Source: Macrostomum lignano (taxonomy: Eukaryota). Taken from it: DNA of 64,000 nucleotides. The notes under the pieces were generated by a model. The model was given only the letters and a program-made list of their open reading frames with translations. It did not search any database and was not told the DNA's origin. Position 1 is the first letter of the stretch. Each line of letters begins with the position of its first letter. The DNA lies in contig NIVC01002601.1 in assembly GCA_002269645.1 (NCBI GenBank), forward strand, positions 93,950-157,949, read 5' to 3'. Position numbers and translations under genes: made by a program. Below are positions 62,395-64,000 of this stretch, one piece after another.

Positions 62395-63065
62395 ACTAGC
62401 TATCTGAGAGGACATGACCTCAGACAAATTTATGCAACAGGCTATCTGAGGACATATGACCTGAGAGACAAATTTATGCTACAGGCTATCTGAGGACATG
62501 ACCTCAGAGACAAATTTACGCTACAGGCTATCTGAGGACATGACCTCAGAGACAAATTTATGCTACAGGCTATCTGAGGACATGACCTCAGAGACAAATT
62601 TATGCAACAGGCTATCTGAGGACATATGACCTGAGAGACAAATTTATGCTACAGGCTATCTGAGGACATGACCTCAGAGACAAATTTATGCTACAGGCTA
62701 TCTGAGGACATGACCTCAGAGACAAATTTATGCAACAGGCTATCTGCATGAGGACATGACCTCAGAGACAAATTTATTCTACAGGCTATCTGAGGACATG
62801 ACCTCAGAGACAAATTTATGCAACAGGCTATCTGCATGAGGACATGACCTCAGAGACAAATTTATGCAACAGGCTATCTGAGGACATGACCTCAGAGACA
62901 ATTTATGCAACAGGCTATCTGAGGACATGACCTCAGAGACAATTTATGCAACAGGCTATCTGAGGACATGACCTCAGAGACAATTTATGCAACAGGCTAT
63001 CTGAGGACATGACCTCAGAGACAAATTTATGCAACAGGCTATCTGAGGACATGACCTCAGACAAC
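62395..63065. repeat. 42-bp minisatellite with an internal palindrome
   Basis: GGCTA at 62526 and 62568; each unit holds TCTGAGG-ACATGA-CCTCAGA. Confidence 0.95.
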
Positions 63066-64000
63066 CAATGCAGTCAACAAATTTTGTCAGAAAAAATATT
63101 TGAAGACACGGAAAAGCAAATGCAAAGGCATGTACATTCTCTTCGCCTTGAATTTGTTAATCGCAAGATATCCCTTACCACTGAGCGGCTCTGCCCCTGT
63201 CAAATGGGGTTTTACCGTAGACAATACGAGTAGTAATAATACTATAATTGATTACACCTGCCCTAGTTGCAGGGCCAGATGTGCAACCAACAGCTCAGCC
63301 GCAGCTATTGCGCGGCGCATCTTGAAGGCTGCGTACACTGTCACAATCTAAGGCCTTGATTCACTGTACATATGAAGGTGATCCGACACACCATTATCTA
63401 CATGTATTTATAGAGCTATTATCTGTATGGAGTACATGTGAAATAATGCAACGCAAAGCATTATTAGATTTTGCAATAAAACATAGACGAATCAGGAGAC
63501 GCGGTGATACGCTTTCTGAGAAAGCGCTGCTGCTGTCTTTCGCTAAATTCTCCTCATGGAATCTGTGCCTTACAATCGCGGCTGATGAAGAACGCGCGTG
63601 TCTCAATAATTCAAATTCTTATAAATCATTTGTCTACAATATTTTTTGATTACATGCATGACCGCATTTTTTGCATTTTGCAATTTTTGTGTGAGTACAG
63701 CCGAAATAAGCTGTATATGTACATGTACATGTAAGTCATATTGCAGCTGTATGCATGGCCGTACCCCATCAAAACCAGCCATCCAACCATATCCCGGAGC
63801 GATCCAAAAATACTTGTGGTTTTTTATATATTCCTTGCCACAGGTGAGTTAATTAGTCGGCCAAAGTGGCGACAAAGGACACTAGACTTTCCGGAATAAC
63901 TTCTACATGTAGGGTGGTCCTTGATGGCGGCGACTAAATGGACATATCGAAGAAAAGAAAGTTGATGGCTCCATCATGTAGAGATTTTTTATTCGGGACT

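Overview
Eukaryotic DNA, most likely from the flatworm Macrostomum lignano or a close relative. This is inferred from a flatworm-type spliced-leader (SL) gene ending in ATG, GC-rich exons and an extreme mini/microsatellite load (roughly a third of the window by my tally). Most long ORFs in the track are artefacts of tandem repeats. Protein-coding genes reconstructed by hand, with GT-AG junctions and frame checks: a 2-exon class A GPCR (-), a 4-exon double-CAP-domain GAPR-1-like gene (-), a 2-exon SoxB (probably SoxB2) gene (-), an intronless two-domain small HSP with canonical heat-shock elements (+), RPB12/POLR2K (+), a 3-exon CFAP157 (+) whose second intron holds an antisense GSK3-like kinase gene, an intronless METTL24-like gene (-), one orphan first exon (-) and a candidate 86-aa membrane microprotein (+). 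RNA genes: one SL RNA gene and one 5S rRNA gene about 720 bp apart on the same strand. Mobile DNA: a 5'-truncated RTE LINE, several hAT-type MITEs carrying expanded internal repeats, a piggyBac remnant and an unclassified 1.3-kb element with 82-bp TIRs. Most interesting points: (1) an apparently variant SL RNA linked to 5S; (2) the nested GSK3-like gene carries an intragenic duplication that creates an in-frame chimeric cassette exon; (3) a sharply bounded CpG-eroded domain of several kb; (4) MITEs acting as minisatellite carriers. All coordinates were read by eye; no database searches were run.
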